NCBI GenBank assembly: GCA_965221775.1
Contig: CBDCSU010000005.1
Span: 608,001-672,000 of the forward strand
Source: Candidatus Latescibacterota bacterium
GTDB lineage: Bacteria; Latescibacterota; UBA2968; UBA8231
Direction: 5' to 3'
DNA length: 64,000 nucleotides
Each line of letters begins with the position of its first letter. Position 1 is the first letter of the stretch. Both the position numbers and the translations under genes were made by a program. The notes under the pieces were generated by a model. It was not told where the DNA came from, ran no database searches, and worked only from the letters and a program-made list of their open reading frames with translations. Below are positions 61,161 through 64,000 of this stretch, in pieces.

Positions 61161-61997
61161 ATGCGGACCTACCTCGACCAACTCCAGCGGATCCTCGACC
61201 ACGGCGTGGAGAAGCGGGACCGCACCGGCGTGGGCACGCTCTCCCTCTTCGGCATGCAGGCGCGCTACGCCATGGACGACGGCTTTCCCGCGGTCACCAC
61301 CAAGAGGCTGGTGTGGAAGTCGATGCTCTCGGAGCTGCTGTGGTTCGTCTCGGGGTCGGACAACATCAACGACCTGAAGGCGATCTACCCGCACAACAAG
61401 CTCTGGGACGCCAACTACGAGGACTATCTCTCGCGCCTCGGGGTGGAGGAGAACGACGGCGCCATGGGGCGCATCTACGGCGTGCAGTGGCGCCGCTGGC
61501 GGGGGGTGGACCGCACCGTCGATCAGCTCCAGGAGGCCGTCGACCTGCTGCGCACGGACCCCGGCTCGCGGCGGATCATGGTCGATGCCTGGAACGCCGC
61601 CGAGACCGGGCCCGCCGACGTGGCCCTGCCGCCGTGCCACAACTTCTTCCAGCTCTACACCGCCGGCGACCGGCTCTCCCTGCAGATGTACCAGCGCTCC
61701 TGCGACATGTTCCTCGGCGTGCCCCTCAACATCGCCTCGTACTCCCTGCTGCTGCACATGGTGGCGCGGATCACCGGATTCGTGCCCCACGAGTTCATCC
61801 ACACCCTCGGCGACTGCCACATCTACCTGAACCACCTCGACGCCGTGAAAAAGCAGCTCCGCCGCGAGCCCCTGCCGCTGCCGCGCCTTCGCATCCGCGA
61901 CCGCGGCCAGCGCGAGATCGACGACTTCGTCTTCGACGACTTCGAGATGGAAGGCTACCGCAGCCACCCCGCCATCCGCGCCGACATGGCCGTCTGA
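61161..61997 (+). CDS. thyA: Thymidylate synthase
   Basis: DRTGVGT; ELLWF; YGVQWR; ALPPCH; YQRSCDMFLGVPLNIASY. Confidence 0.97.
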   Translation: MRTYLDQLQRILDHGVEKRDRTGVGTLSLFGMQARYAMDDGFPAVTTKRLVWKSMLSELLWFVSGSDNINDLKAIYPHNKLWDANYEDYLSRLGVEENDGAMGRIYGVQWRRWRGVDRTVDQLQEAVDLLRTDPGSRRIMVDAWNAAETGPADVALPPCHNFFQLYTAGDRLSLQMYQRSCDMFLGVPLNIASYSLLLHMVARITGFVPHEFIHTLGDCHIYLNHLDAVKKQLRREPLPLPRLRIRDRGQREIDDFVFDDFEMEGYRSHPAIRADMAV

Positions 61998-62012
61998 CCG
62001 GCGGCTGTCCCG

Positions 62013-62710
62013 TCAGACGAAGCGTTCGCGGTGCTGCAGGCGCAGGAGGCCGCCGAGGACGGCGAGGACCGACCCGGCGAGCAGGTAGGCGCGGTTGTGG
62101 AAGGTGTTGCCCGAGCGCACCAGACCCTCAACCTCGTCGAGGAGGTCGAAGGGGTTGTAGAACACGCTCCAGCGGCTGCCCTCCAGGGGCTGGGCGGTGA
62201 TCCAGAGAGCCAGGACGAGGAGCACGAGGATGGCCGCGGCGCCGTTGCCGCTGCGGGTGAAGGTGGCCACGAGGAATCCGGCGCTGGAGAGGAAGGCCAC
62301 GGGGAACATGAGGTGGAAGACCATCTCGTGGACGGCGAAGTCGGTGAGCGCGAAGCGGCAGAACAGGGCCAGCCCGGCCAGGACGACGGCCGCCGCCATC
62401 AGCATCACGGCGTGCCGGACCAACCACACTTTGTAGCGGTAGTCGGGAATCCCGAAAACGGTCTCCATCATGCCCGCGTCGGTCTCGCTCTGCAGGGCGT
62501 ACGCCGAGGGATAGATGACCAGCACCACGCCGGGGACGAGGAGGAAGTAGTAGATGAGATCGGGCCCCGGCGGCACCTTCTCCCCGGCCGTGTGGATCAC
62601 GGCGATGACCAGGAAGAGGGCCACGGCCAGCGCCAGGAACCAGGCGAAGCGGCCGGCGAAGACCTGCCGGGCGCTGTAGCGCAGGAAGGCGGGGGCGCTG
62701 CCCAGGGGCT

Positions 62711-62714
<4 letters not shown>
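62013..62714 (-). CDS. ABC-2 type permease
   Basis: Six TM helices; GTGA-coupled to the upstream ABC ATPase. Confidence 0.7.

Positions 62715-64000
<1,286 letters not shown>

Overview
A high-GC bacterial chromosomal segment. Its sodium bioenergetics and many PhyH dioxygenases suggest a marine, possibly host-associated, uncultured lineage (inference only). Core blocks are nqrABCDEF-nqrM, a biotin operon (fabF-like KAS, bioB, bioA, bioF, bioD), a Na+/alanine symporter, aceE-aceF-lpdA, a frameshifted TPR lytic transglycosylase, mutY-Nudix, two DmpA/P1 peptidases, five PhyH-family dioxygenases, two enolase-superfamily dehydratases, hisA, thyA and tRNA-Glu(CTC). A small integrase-free island follows the tRNA and carries MNT plus a Schlafen/AlbA_2 ATP-binding protein. 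Accessory genes (Fic, DUF433/PIN TA pair, AAA-DUF4143 ATPase, GH10-like) are scattered between core genes. Two signals stand out. (1) The biotin operon has no known pimelate-supply gene but is headed by a translationally coupled FabF paralog. Its catalytic triad is intact while its acyl pocket appears polar or charged, making it a candidate new route to pimeloyl-ACP. (2) A recurring 'gene-junction echo' pattern: diverged, synonymous-biased second copies of gene 3' ends and starts, plus exact 14-16 bp duplications of host RBS/start sequences flanking inserted genes. This points to a transposase-independent mode of gene import. All family calls come from motif recognition, not database searches.
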